Assembly: GCF_006345805.1 (NCBI RefSeq)
Contig: NW_021831926.1
Span: 1-34,164, forward strand
Source: Octopus sinensis
Lineage: Eukaryota
Reading direction: 5' to 3'
DNA length: 34,164 nt
The stretch's first letter is position 1. Every line of letters starts with the position of its first letter. This document shows positions 1-12,178 of this stretch, piece after piece. The notes under the pieces were generated by a model. It did not search any database. It was not told where the DNA came from and saw nothing but the letters and a program-made list of their open reading frames with translations. Made by a program: the position numbers and the translations under genes.

Positions 1-56
<56 letters not shown>
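1..56. repeat. (GATA)n microsatellite
   Basis: Direct tandem GATA units. Confidence 0.95.
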
Positions 57-57
<1 letters not shown>

Positions 58-66
58 GTGGTAGAT

Positions 67-129
67 AGATAACCGAAGAGATGGTGGTGTAGATTTCCAC
101 CTCGACATCCAAAACTCAGAGTTTTATCT
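67..129 (+). ncRNA. Degenerate type I hammerhead ribozyme motif (PLE-associated)
   Basis: Stem I AGATAA/TTATCT; core CCGAAGA (canonical CTGANGA); stem II GATG..CATC; AAAA in place of GAAA; stem III ACTC-A-GAGT; then T. Two core substitutions. Confidence 0.6.
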
Positions 130-356
130 TGGCTACCGGATAATTGTCACATATTATTTTACAGATAAATTCCTCTATTTACATAATATTGAGGTCTCTT
201 TCTTTTTTTTGTTTTTTGTTATCTTACCGTTTTTAACCAATATATATATATAAATATACGCACAGATGTAATGTAACGGCTATCGAATGCCAAAAAGAAA
301 AAAAATCATAACATTGACAAGGATCATTAAAAAATCGTAACTCTATCTATTTACGG

Positions 357-387
357 AAAACGAAATTACTCCCTTGCCAACCCAATA
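357..387 (+). mobile_element. mariner-type right TIR remnant
   Basis: Reverse complement TATTGGGTTGGCAAGGGAGTAATTTCGTTTT resembles Hsmar1-like TIRs (TTAGGTTGGTGCAAAAGTAATTGCGGTTTT). Confidence 0.45.
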
Positions 388-480
388 TTATCGTTAAGCT
401 GAAATTGTTGCGAATGTAAAAAGAAATGAAATGGTGAAACTACTTTTTCATTTTATGAAAAAAGCATAACAGCAACAAAT

Positions 481-503
481 ACACACACACACACACACAC
501 ACA

Positions 504-554
<51 letters not shown>

Positions 555-587
555 ACACACACACACACCATATATATATATATATAT
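481..587. repeat. (CA)n + (TA)n compound microsatellite
   Basis: Direct. Confidence 0.95.
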
Positions 588-607
588 TGTATATAGGCTC
601 GTGGGTA

Positions 608-832
608 AGGCTCACAAAGAGATATGTGATGTTTATGGGGTTAACAGAACGCACATATCAGAAGCGGTTTAAAAAATTCCGTTCGGGAGATTTTTTTTAC
701 TTAAAAATAACCAAAATTCTAGCCGACCTACTGAAGTTGATGATGACCAAATCAAAGCCATAATTGAATCTGATTGTCATATAACTGTACGAGAGATTGC
801 AGAGTGGTTAAATGTATCTCACACAACAATTT
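608..832 (+). mobile_element. mariner transposase N-terminal HTH fragment (frameshifted)
   Basis: Manual translation AHKEICDVYG / LTERTYQKRFKKFRSGDF / SRPTEVDDDQIKAIIESDCHITVREIAEWLNVSHTTI, typical of mariner DNA-binding domains. Confidence 0.85.
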
Positions 833-955
833 TTTTCATGTTTGTTGCACACACACGTCTTACTAGTATATACGCAGTGAAGCTATACAATAGCGTCGTA
901 TTTATTACGATCGCTATTTCCAGTAAATATCGGTACTTCGTGTACCATTTATTTA

Positions 956-1023
<68 letters not shown>

Positions 1024-1056
1024 ATATATTATATATATATATATGTATATGTATAT

Positions 1057-2101
1057 ACAGGCAATGATGGGTAAATTGTCGCCACTTTATAATATTTTTT
1101 ATTTCCCACATGTGCATTGTTTGCTTTTGTCGACTACAGAGTATAGTAGGGTCAACTGGGCACCGTCTGTGAGAAAAGCAGCACTGTGACACAATTCACT
1201 CTGCTAGAACTTTGGAAACGACATGTTGTACTGCTTGGCGTTCGTGGGGGAAGCTCCATTACGAACATTTCAGAGTGTTTAGATGTCAATGAGGGCATGG
1301 TGTTTGGTGGGATCACTAGTGATGGCGAAAATATGCCTCCATTCAGCTTCTCACACGGTCTTAGACTCAACACAGAATCTACCCTGGGTCAAGAGGATGG
1401 CTTCTGGAAGACCCTATGTCTGGCAACAGGACTCTGCACCATACCACACAAGCAGGAGAACCCAGCCATGGCTATTTTTTTTACTACTCACAAGGGGCTA
1501 AACACAGAGAGGACAATCAAGGACAGATAAACGGATTAAGTCGCTTATATCGATCCCAGTGCGTAACTGGTACTTATTTAATCGACCCCGAAAGGATGAA
1601 AGGCAAAGTCGACCTCGGCGGAATTTGAACTCAGAACGTATCGGCAGACGAAATACGGCTACGCATTTCGCCCTGCGTGCTAAAGTTTCTGCCAGCTCGC
1701 CGTCTGTCAGACAAAATCTGCGACCACATCACCCACATATCTCCCCAGAGTTAGGTGGGAGGTATGATCACGTAACTTATCTGACACATCTGGTCACCTA
1801 TCTCCTCAGACTGCAACCCCTTTGATTATTATGTGTGGGGTGTTGCTGGACAAGAAACCAACAAAATTCCTTGTAACACTAAAAATGAACTGAAGGCAAG
1901 GATTATGGCAGCATTTACCAACTTAAGAGACTGTCTACATGAGTTACAGAAGATTCCGAGGTCGTCTGGAGGCCGTGGTTGAAGTCAATGGTAATTTTAT
2001 TGAATAAATATATATTTGGTAAATATATCTGTTAAAATGAGATGTCAGTGTCGTTTTCATTTTTGATTAATTTAGACAATAGTTTATTCACCATACTCTG
2101 T
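1057..2101 (+). mobile_element. Internally deleted Tc1/mariner element, DD37D (maT)-like, interrupted by a SINE
   Basis: MVFGGITSDGENMPPF..GLRLNTE; WVKRMASGRPYVWQQDSAPYHTSRRTQPWL | SDK..DHIT | SDCNPLDYYVWGV..RLEAVVEVNGNFIE*. The repaired spacing between QD and PLD is about 37 residues. Degenerate inverted ends. Confidence 0.8.
1474..1702 (-). mobile_element. tRNA-headed SINE, family A
   Basis: Minus head GGCGAGCTGGCAGAAAC..GAGTTCAAATTCC (A/B-box-like); the same body recurs at 4805-5199, 13620-13842, 22125-22278 and 26689-26919. Confidence 0.9.
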
Positions 2102-2108
2102 TTGTGTG

Positions 2109-2142
<34 letters not shown>

Positions 2143-2302
2143 TGATGAACGTAAACAAGCAAACGTAGTTTGGTTTAGAAGCGTTGAGATGTCTTAGAAG
2201 GTTAAAGAAGTGATTTTAAATTCAGAAAACGCAGGATAATGCTAATAATATAGCCTGAATCAGGATAAGCTACCCCTATTTTACAGATAAAAAATGTTGG
2301 CG

Positions 2303-2378
2303 GCCGGCTATGAGACTCCAACGCACACCTCCGTGATTACGCGTCGCGGTGCCCTGAACCATTAAGCTAAACCGCACC
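2303..2378 (-). pseudogene. tRNA-Thr(CGT)-like pseudogene or SINE head
   Basis: Minus strand GCGGTT TA GCTT AATGGTTC AGGGC A CCGCGA CGCGTAA TCACGG AGGT GTGCG TTGGAGT CTCAT AGCCGGC CG CCA, followed by a T6 tract. Imperfect cloverleaf; T-loop mutated. Confidence 0.5.
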
Positions 2379-2381
2379 CCC

Positions 2382-2416
<35 letters not shown>

Positions 2417-2429
2417 ATATCTATATATA

Positions 2430-2500
<71 letters not shown>

Positions 2501-2701
2501 AATAATAACATTAATAACATTAGGGTAATAAGAATTATATATAATTATTATTACAAGTGGCCTAGCACAAAAAAAGAATTATTTAATATTCTGTTGCGTC
2601 TTGGGAGAGTCATTCTCTTTTAGTGCCTTATAGACTATATTATAGACTATATTATTCGCACAGAAATGATGCTTACAGGTACACGATATTTCTATGTGAA
2701 T

Positions 2702-2760
<59 letters not shown>

Positions 2761-2971
2761 ATATATATATATATTACATCCACTTTACGTCGAAAGTCAA
2801 CAAAGAATATTTGCTTTAGAAGCGTTGAGATGTATTGAAAGATGCAAATAAAGAATTAATTCTTAAGAGCATGATAATGTTAATAATATAGTATGACCAG
2901 GGTAAGCTATCCATATTTTGCAGAATTATCCTCTGCTTGAGAATAAGCTTATTTCTTCATCTGTAATATAT

Positions 2972-3433
<462 letters not shown>

Positions 3434-3500
3434 ATATATACATACATACATGCATACATACATACATACACACATACACGCACACACACACACACACACA

Positions 3501-3558
<58 letters not shown>

Positions 3559-3862
3559 GGAGGCACATAGTGGTTGGAGCAACGGACTCGCGGTCCTGGT
3601 ATCGCGGGTTCCAATCTCAGACCGGGCGATGTGTGTGTTTATGAGCAAAACACCTAAACTCCACGCGGCTCCAGCAGAAGGTAATGGCGAACTTGTGCTG
3701 ACTCTTTTGCCACAACTTTCTCTCTGTCTTTCCTCCTGCATCTTGCAGCTCACCTGCAACGGACCGGTTTCCCCGTACAGGTGGGGAACCTACACGCCAA
3801 GGAAACCTGGAAACCGGCCCTTATGAGCCAGGCATGGCTCGAGAATAAACAAACAAAACAAA
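3559..3862 (+). mobile_element. tRNA-headed SINE, family B (tail type 1)
   Basis: Head GGAGGC..TGGTTGGAGCAACGGACTCGCGG..GGTTCCAATCTC; homologous to 9814-10126. Confidence 0.85.
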
Positions 3863-3877
3863 AGAATATATTCATAT

Positions 3878-4275
3878 ACTCTTTACTCTTTTACTTGCTT
3901 CAGTCATTTGACTGCGCTCATGCTGGAGCACCGCCTTTAGTCGAGCAAATCGACCCCGGGACTTATTCTTTGTAAGCCCATTACTTATCCTATCGGTCTC
4001 TTTTGCCGAACCGCTAAGTGACGGGGACGTAAACACACCAGCATCGGTTGTCAAGCAATGCTAGGGGGATAAACACAGACACACAAACATATACACACAC
4101 ACTTATATATATATGCATATATACGACAGGCTTCTTTCAGTTTCCGTCTACCAAATCCACTCACAAGGCATTGGTCGTCCCGGGGCTATAGCAGAAGACA
4201 CTTGCCCAAGATGCCACGCAGTGGGACTGAACCCGGAACCATGTGGTTGGTTAGCAAGCTACTTACCACACAGCC
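3878..4275 (-). mobile_element. SINE family C (internal microsatellite, ACTCTTT-type tail)
   Basis: Minus head GGCTGTGTGGTAAGTAGCTTG..GGTTCAGTCCC; near-identical to 7746-8232 and 30404-30553. Confidence 0.9.
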
Positions 4276-4684
4276 ACACATGTACATTATAATTTAAAGG
4301 CTCCCAATTCCTCGCTGCACGTTCCAGATCGACAGGTGGTAGATCGATCCTGAATATTTTTTGAAATATGAAATGACAGTTTTTATGTAAACGCTGAGTC
4401 ATGTTTTGTTTTCGCTTTCATTCACGGTGTTAATAGTTTGAACAAAAGAAACTGACGATTGTAGTCATGTATGCATGCATGTCTGTATCTTTTATACAAT
4501 ACAAATCTCCTTGAATTTGATTCTGTCTCTGAGATGAAAGAAAACTTTTTTCGAAATGTCTAATCAATAGCTTTTACTGGTAGATCTTAATAGGTGTGTG
4601 CGTGTCTGTATGTAAGTATTATTCAATAGTATTATATATTCAAGAATAAAAACTCTTTATTTGTATTGACTTCTATAATCTTAT

Positions 4685-5275
4685 TGCTTAGCAGCATATT
4701 GTCTGTCTTCTCATTCTGAGTTCAAATTCCACTGAGGTCGACTATATTTTTCATTTTTTCGGGGTCGATTAAGAAAGTACCAGCTAAGCGCTGGGAACGA
4801 GGTACTTCTTTTCTACTCTAGGCACAAGGCCCGAAATTTTGGGGGAGGGAACCAGTTGATTAGATCGACCCCAGTACGCAAATGGTACTTAATTTCTCAA
4901 CCCCGAAAGGATGAAAGGCAAAGTCGACCTCGTCGGAATTTGAACTCAGAACGTAAAGACAGACGAAATGAATACCTATTTCTTTACTACCCACAAGGGG
5001 CTAAACACAGAGAGGACAGACAAACGGATTAAGTCGATTATATCGACTCCAGTGCGTAACTGGTACTTATTTAATCGATCCCGAAAGGACGAAAGGCAAA
5101 GTCGACCTCGGCGGAATTTGAACTCAGAACGTAACGGCAGACGAAATACGGCTACGAATTTCGCTCGGCGTGCTGACGATTCTGCCAGCTTGCCGCCTTT
5201 GGGAACGAGGTAACTGACTTACACCTTTCTCCAAACTTGTTGGTCTTGTGCAAAAGCTAGAAACTAATGTTCAGC
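4685..5275. mobile_element. Nested family A SINEs: old plus-strand copy split by a minus-strand dimer
   Basis: 13-bp TSD TGGGAACGAGGTA at 4792-4804 and 5200-5212 flanks two tandem minus-strand units. Confidence 0.85.
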
Positions 5276-5599
5276 ATCAGGCAAAGAAATAAGAGTAAAC
5301 GTTTACATGATGGTGGTGGTGGCGGTGGGATTAGCCGTTTCAGTTGATCCAACTGGAAGATAAAAGACGAAGGTGTTGAGGGTGGGATACTTTTATCGCC
5401 TCAAAATGGGGGAGGGATGTGTTTCGTGGGTATGGTCTCTTTACCAGGTCTTTTGAAGGCTAAGTAGAAGAGGGTGCGTGAAGGAATGTCGGATTTATCA
5501 TCAAATCAAAGACCTTAAACCTAGCAATTACAAGAGAGTGGACTTAAATGAAAGCGCTCAATGTGCCGCAAATACATGCGCGCACATACATGAATATAT

Positions 5600-5661
<62 letters not shown>

Positions 5662-5710
5662 TATATACAATATATATATATATTATATATATATATACGT
5701 ATATATATAG

Positions 5711-5773
<63 letters not shown>

Positions 5774-5832
5774 ATATATATATATCTATATATATATATG
5801 TATGTATATATATATACAGTATATATATTTAT

Positions 5833-6115
5833 AAGATAGTGGTTTTGGAGGAAGGAAATACCTACAAACCTGTTATTAGTCCAGTAACAAAGAAAAGGAA
5901 AACTAGGAATGGGAAAATTATCTGGTTCACACCACCTTACTCACCTGAAGTGACCTTTAATATAGGTAGATATTTCTTATCTCTTATAGATAGGCAATCA
6001 ATTTCCAATCAATCATAATTCTAGAAAGCTCTTTAGCAGGCACAACTCAAAAATTAGTTTTAGTTCTACTACTAACTTCAAAAATATAATTGCACACAAA
6101 AACAATAAAATGAAT
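5833..6115 (+). mobile_element. PLE ORF fragment (RT-to-endonuclease linker)
   Basis: KKRKTRNGKIIWFTPPYSPEVTFNIGRYFLSLIDRQ / FPINHNSRKLFSRHNSKISFSSTTNFKNIIAHKNNK matches the PLE motif IIWFNPPYS..NIG..FL.LID.HFP..H..FNR...K.SYS..N as I recall it. One 4-bp insertion. Confidence 0.75.
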
Positions 6116-6257
6116 GTGTGCATGTAGAGATTTGTATATGAGCATAGTGGTGCGAGTATGGGTATATATGCGTATGTATGTGCGTGTATGCGTAGACATA
6201 TATACGTACATGTATGTGTGTTTGTATATATATATATATATGTACACACGTGTGTGA

Positions 6258-6290
<33 letters not shown>

Positions 6291-6420
6291 CATACATGTG
6301 CGTGCGTATGTGCGTACGTGTATGTGAGTGTATATGTGTGCATATGAGAATTCTATGAATGAAGTATTACTTTCCCCATGCCTATTGGAGTATTTTCCCT
6401 TTTTGCATAGCGTCTTGCCT

Positions 6421-6480
6421 TAATAACTGATGAGATGCCGGAGCAGTCTTCAGCCCCGGTATCCGAATCTCTGAGTTTCA
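6421..6480 (+). ncRNA. Degenerate hammerhead motif at the 3' end of a PLE remnant
   Basis: CTGATGA 6427-6433; 8-bp stem II GATGCCGG/CCGGTATC; GAATC instead of GAAAC; stem III like the 67-129 copy. Confidence 0.6.
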
Positions 6481-6531
6481 TTATGACAACCAACTAATTG
6501 TTTCACACACACACATATGTATATATACAGT

Positions 6532-6582
<51 letters not shown>

Positions 6583-6719
6583 GAGTGAGAGAGAACTGGT
6601 GCTGAAAAGTCTCACGCTTGTTGCAGTTTTTCTAAGTCCCTGTAAAAGAACTCGGAAAGTTGGGCCTCTAACCAGGCCTTTCGCGATACCCTTTAAACCA
6701 AGAAATGATCAGTACCACT

Positions 6720-7345
6720 TCGTATATATATATATATATTACATATATATATGTATATAGATATATGTAATATATAATGTATATATAATGTATATATATA
6801 TATATATATATAGATATATTTCTATCTATATATGTATATATATATGTATATATATCTAAATCTATAGATAATATATATATATCTGTATATAGATCTGTAT
6901 AATATCTATAATATATCTATATATATACATATATATTATATATATGTTATCTATATATATATCTATGATATGTACCTATGTATATATATGTATATAAATA
7001 TACGTATATATATGTATATATATATGTATATAGATAATATATATATCTATATATATATAATATATATAGATATCTATATATATATATATGTATATATATA
7101 TATGTAATATATTTATGTATATTGTATCATAGATCTGTATATATATATATTATATATATGTATATATATATTTATATGTATATATGTTATATATATTATG
7201 ATATAGATATATATAACTATATATATGTATGTATATATGTATATGTATATATATTTATATATCTACTATATATATATATAATATATATTATATATATATA
7301 TATCTATATATATATATAGAGTACTATATATATATATTTGCATAT
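6720..7345. repeat. Degenerate (TA)n-rich low-complexity tract
   Basis: Direct. Confidence 0.9.
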
Positions 7346-7348
7346 ATC

Positions 7349-7680
7349 GTGGCACTCCAGATACGACGACGAGGATTCCATGTGATCCGATCAACGGAAC
7401 AGCCTGCTCGGTAAATTAACGTGAGCACTTCACAGACACGTGTACCCTTAACGTAGTTTTCGGGGAGATTCAACGCGGCACAGTTGAATTACGAGTACAA
7501 CAGAGACAGGAAGAAAGTGAAAGTTGTGGTGAAAGAGTACAGCATGGTTCTCCCCCCAACCCCACCGAAACTTTGTTGGTCTTTAGGTGTTTTTGCTCAA
7601 TAAACACTCACACTGCCCGGTCTGGGAATCAAAATCGCGATCTCACGACCGCGTGCCCGCTGCCCTAACCACTGGGCACT
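7349..7680 (-). mobile_element. SINE family B (tail type 2)
   Basis: Same head as 3559; tail homologous to the 3' part of 29831-30217. Confidence 0.85.
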
Positions 7681-7745
7681 ATGTATATATATATATATAT
7701 ATATAATATATATATATATAGATATATATATATATATATATACAC

Positions 7746-7982
7746 TTACTCTTTTTCTTGTTTCAGTCATTTGACTGTGGCCATGCTGGAGCACCGCCTT
7801 TAGTCGAGCGAATCGACCCCAGGACTTATTCTTTGTAAGCCTAGTACTTATTCTATCGGTCTCTTTTGCCGAACTGCTAAGTTACGGGGACGTAAACACA
7901 CCAGTATCGGTTGTCAAGCGATGTTGGGGGGACAAACACAGACACACAAACAAATACCCCTCTCTCTTTCTCTCTCTCTCTT

Positions 7983-8074
<92 letters not shown>

Positions 8075-8232
8075 GACGGCCTTTTTTGCAGTTTTCGTCT
8101 ACCAAATCCATGTACAAGGCTTTGATCGGCCTGAGGCTATAGTAGAAAACACTTGCTCGACGTGCCACGCAGTGGGACTGAACCCGGAACCATGTGGTTT
8201 GTAAGCAAGCTACTTAACACACTCCTGCGCCT
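7746..8232 (-). mobile_element. SINE family C
   Basis: Homologous to 3878-4275, with an expanded internal (CT)(CA)(TA) microsatellite. Confidence 0.9.
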
Positions 8233-9359
8233 ATATATATATGTAAGTATAAAAGCAGAGTAAAGAGCCGAACAAAAGGAAGAAACAAGAAATATTGAAA
8301 TATATCAATGAAAGAATAAAGAAACAAAGATAAAAGATAAGCGTATTTATCCATATATGTATTCGGAAAAATAATTAATGATTGATAGAAAGGTTGATAG
8401 AAGAAAGAAGAGAGGAAAGACAGTGTGAACAAAAGAAAGGAGTAATGATTAACAATAGGGAGAGAGACGAAATTAATTGCATTTATGTTAGCAATAAAAG
8501 AAGTAATGATTAATCGATAAAAGAAAAGATGAAAAGGAAAAAAAAATGAATTAAAAAATACGTATATTCACATAACAAATAATGTTCTCTAATACAAGCA
8601 GAAGGTCACAGATGTGTGTGGATGGGTTGGTCGATAGAATCGTGTACAGTGCCTGACCGGTTTGTACTCTAATTTATCGAGCTCGGAAGAATGACAGACG
8701 AAGTGGGCCTTCGCGCTATTTGAACCTGGAGTACATATGAACAACTGCATAAAGTACAGTTCTATATTTGAGAGATTAGGAATTATGCTCATTATTTATA
8801 TTTGACGGACATTTGTCTTCATGTTGTTTGACAAATATCTGTCAAATGTAAATAATCTAAATAACGAACTGCAAAAAGTTACCGTTTTTGTGGTTCCTGG
8901 CAATCCACTGGTCTGAACTTCAAATAGAATCGCGAACACTCAGATTCGAGAATCGGTGACCAGAACACGAGTGCTGCTTTGTTTTATCGCCTTCGGAAGG
9001 GTGAAAGGTAAAGCTCACCGGATCAGTATTTGAATTCAGAACGTAAAGAAAATATATTGTTTCGAGGCTTTTTCCATGAAAGATGCAAAGTCTGATAAAA
9101 AAAAATAAAATAAAATATAACGTGACTTCTATTTTATTTTACCAACCCTACAAGAATGAAAAGCGAAGTTACAATTGTGGGATTTGCACATAGAATATAC
9201 AAAGTCAGAATAAATAGAATATCAATAACAATACCACAAGGCATTTCTCGAAAGCTTTAACAACTCCGCCAAATTGCCGCTTAGGAACGGAAATATACAC
9301 AACCAAATTGTTACAGGGCATTGCAGACACCAATTTACTGATTCTACTACCCTCCGTCA

Positions 9360-9755
9360 TCTCTATCTCTCTCTATATAAAGCTGAAGTTGTCTGTGTGT
9401 GGCAGATTTGGTAGCCTTCAACTAACACTATCTCCTCCGAGACCCCGCGGCGCAAGTTGACTAAAATTGAAAGTATGATAGAAGAAAGCTTGCTCTTCCT
9501 TCCGAAGGAAAACTTCAAATCGGACCATGTTAACACCAAAAATTATTTACATCAAAAAGGTGCTTTTTTTTCTATGAAAATCCCTACTTTTTACGATTTT
9601 TTGGCTGCTGTGTCGCCATTTTTCTGTGTATTTCAACAAGAAAAATGTTCACTTAAAGAGAATAACAAGCTACATAATGCAAAATTTTTACTTTTCAAAA
9701 ATTTCAATTCTAAAGCGTCGAAACAAACCCGAGCAACGCCGGGCTATACTGCTAG
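9360..9755 (+). mobile_element. Non-autonomous Helitron-like element
   Basis: A|TC start then CTATATAAAGCTGAAG; subterminal hairpin CCCG-AGCAACGC-CGGG at 9728-9743; CTAG|T end at 9752-9756; no TSD. Confidence 0.75.
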
Positions 9756-9813
9756 TATATATATAATACAGTATTACAATAAAATCACATCATACTATAC
9801 TTTAATGTAATGT

Positions 9814-10126
9814 CTCTTTTTCTTTGCGCCCTTTTCAAGCCTAGCCAGGCTCACGGAGCCGGTCTCCCGGTTTCTGTGGCGTATGTGTTCCCCCCAGCTG
9901 GACGGACGCCAGTCCATCGCAGCGTTACTCAAGAAACAGTAAGAAAGAGTGAGAGAAAGTTGGGGCGAAAGAGTAAAACAGGGGTCGCCACCACCTTCTA
10001 CCGGAGCCTCGTGGAGCTTTAGGTGTTTTCTCTCAATAAACACACACACAGCCCGGTCTGGGAATCGAAACCACGATTCTCCGACCGCGAGTCTGCTGCC
10101 CTACCCACTGGGCCATTGCGCCTCCA
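9814..10126 (-). mobile_element. SINE family B (tail type 1) with 12-bp TSD
   Basis: TTAATGTAATGT at 9802-9813 and 10129-10140; full head. Confidence 0.9.
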
Positions 10127-10822
10127 CATTAATGTAATGTAATAAAGTATAAAAGTACTTTTTACAAACATTACTGAATATGTAATATTAAATTCCATAG
10201 CGCTAAACACGTCAACATTTTTACTACACACATAATCAGCAAATCAAATTAACGGTTGTTTTCTCTCTTTTTTCTTTAATCGCTTTAAAAAAGGTTATTT
10301 TACTCGAAATATCAAGACTAATTAAACAGATTTAAGACATTTCAAAATCTGGGTCATTGATATTATTGATAATTAATATCTGAATTACATTTCTGTTACT
10401 CTTCATAGTCTTCCACAACACGCTATTTCCTGGAATATAATACAAGATAATGCAATAAATTACATTAATTACATTAATTAAGATCTTCTTTTCCTCTTGT
10501 CTTTCGTCAGCAAGTGTTATTTCCTACTTACTTCTATTTAGAAATCAGAGGAAGTGGCTACTATTCCCTTCAACCTTGCTTTTTTGATCTGGACATCAAT
10601 GTTTTGAAACTGACCTAATTTCCATTACATTTCAGACAGATTCAGCGTTGAGTTGCTACCGCAGAAATATCGTTATAGCAAATATTCTGCTCAACATCAC
10701 TAATATATACTGTGAGTTATTCTGATCTGTGTCTTGCAGACATAACTTTTTTCTAAATTACTATCTGCTTGTCTGTCTGTCTGTCTGTCGTCAATCTACA
10801 TACTAACATATCTGTCTATATG

Positions 10823-10950
<128 letters not shown>

Positions 10951-10954
10951 TCTC

Positions 10955-12178
10955 TCGTGGTCAGAGATAAGATGCAAATGCCTCTTATCTCTGAAGGGGG
11001 ATGCAAAAGCATCAGAGACCTGCTCAGACGCTTTCAACTGTCTGACAGGTACCGACTCGACCACCCGTATGCGCCAACGTGGACATTGAACAACCGCATC
11101 GCGTCGTCAAGATCGTATCTAGATAGGATATTGTGCAGGACAGTAGATAGAGATAGCGTAGGATCTCCACAATTCCACGTAGTCAGCTACACGGATCACA
11201 AACTTGTGACATGTACGCTACACTTAGGTAACACACATAGGTAGGGTCCCGGGTACTGGAAACTAAACGCGTCTTTCCCATCGAGACAAGTTTTCAGAGA
11301 CCGGATTAGCACACTAGTAAAGAGGGCTTTGACGGGAGCCATCATCAACAACAAATGGTGGTTTGCCCTCAAGAGAGCAATAAAAGCAGAAGCGATTAGG
11401 TATAGCAAAGCACTAGCCATAGATAGAAACAGAGTAGAGGGTGAGCTAGTTAAGAAGCTAGAAGAGGCAATTTGAAGCGGCATCGCTTCCGATGTTTTTG
11501 CGGCGAGGTTGGCCCTCGACCAACACTTCAACGCCAAACACGAAGGGTGTGTTGTCAGAGCTAGGATGCGTGCTCTAAGGAACGAAGGTGTTGGAGCCGC
11601 GCGAGAGGCCCGGGTGGCACAGGCGGAACAGGGCAACAAAGCCACCATTCGGTCTCTGGTAGATGAACAGGGACGCGAATTACTCGAGCCAAGTAAAATG
11701 TGTGAGGCCTTTCAACAGCATTTTGCCCGACTGTTCGGGACGAGTGTCGGGCAAGAACGTAGGGTGGACTTCAGTGTCTACCTATACATCCTACCACGAC
11801 TCTCGACAAGAGAGGCAGGGCGCTGCGAAGATGCCATCACGGCGGCGGAAGTGTGGGACGTGATGTTAGAATGCTCGAGGGACAAATCGCTGGGTTTGGA
11901 TGCCAGACTTGTTTGGAGACGTCTTGGTAGCGGTGTACTGCAACTGGCAGCAAAACGGGAGCATTCCTTGTTTTGTGAGCCGAGGAGCCGTAACACTGCT
12001 GAAGAAAGATCTAAAGAAGGGGAGGGGGACGTAATAGATAAATTTAGGCCCATCATTCTGCTTAATGCAGACTTGAAAATTTTGGCCAAGGTGTTAGCCA
12101 AGAGGTTAGTGCTTGTCATCGAGAAACTGGTCGACAAGGCGCAAACGTGCGCAGGCCGGGCCGGATCATCCATGACAA
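10955..12178 (+). mobile_element. Tx1/L1-clade LINE ORF2 fragment (APE C-terminus to RT N-terminus)
   Basis: RSYLDRIL..SYTDHKLV (APE), GPGYWKLN, FRPIILLNADLKILAKVLAKRL..AQTC, GRIIHDN (RT). Stops and an internal deletion near GLD. Confidence 0.9.

Noticed and set aside
3559-3640. SINE heads as true tRNA genes
   Set aside because: A/B-box-like motifs continue into shared SINE bodies and tails; no complete cloverleaf.
9457-9810. 117-aa ORF
   Set aside because: Lies inside the non-autonomous Helitron; no Rep/helicase or host-gene similarity recognised.
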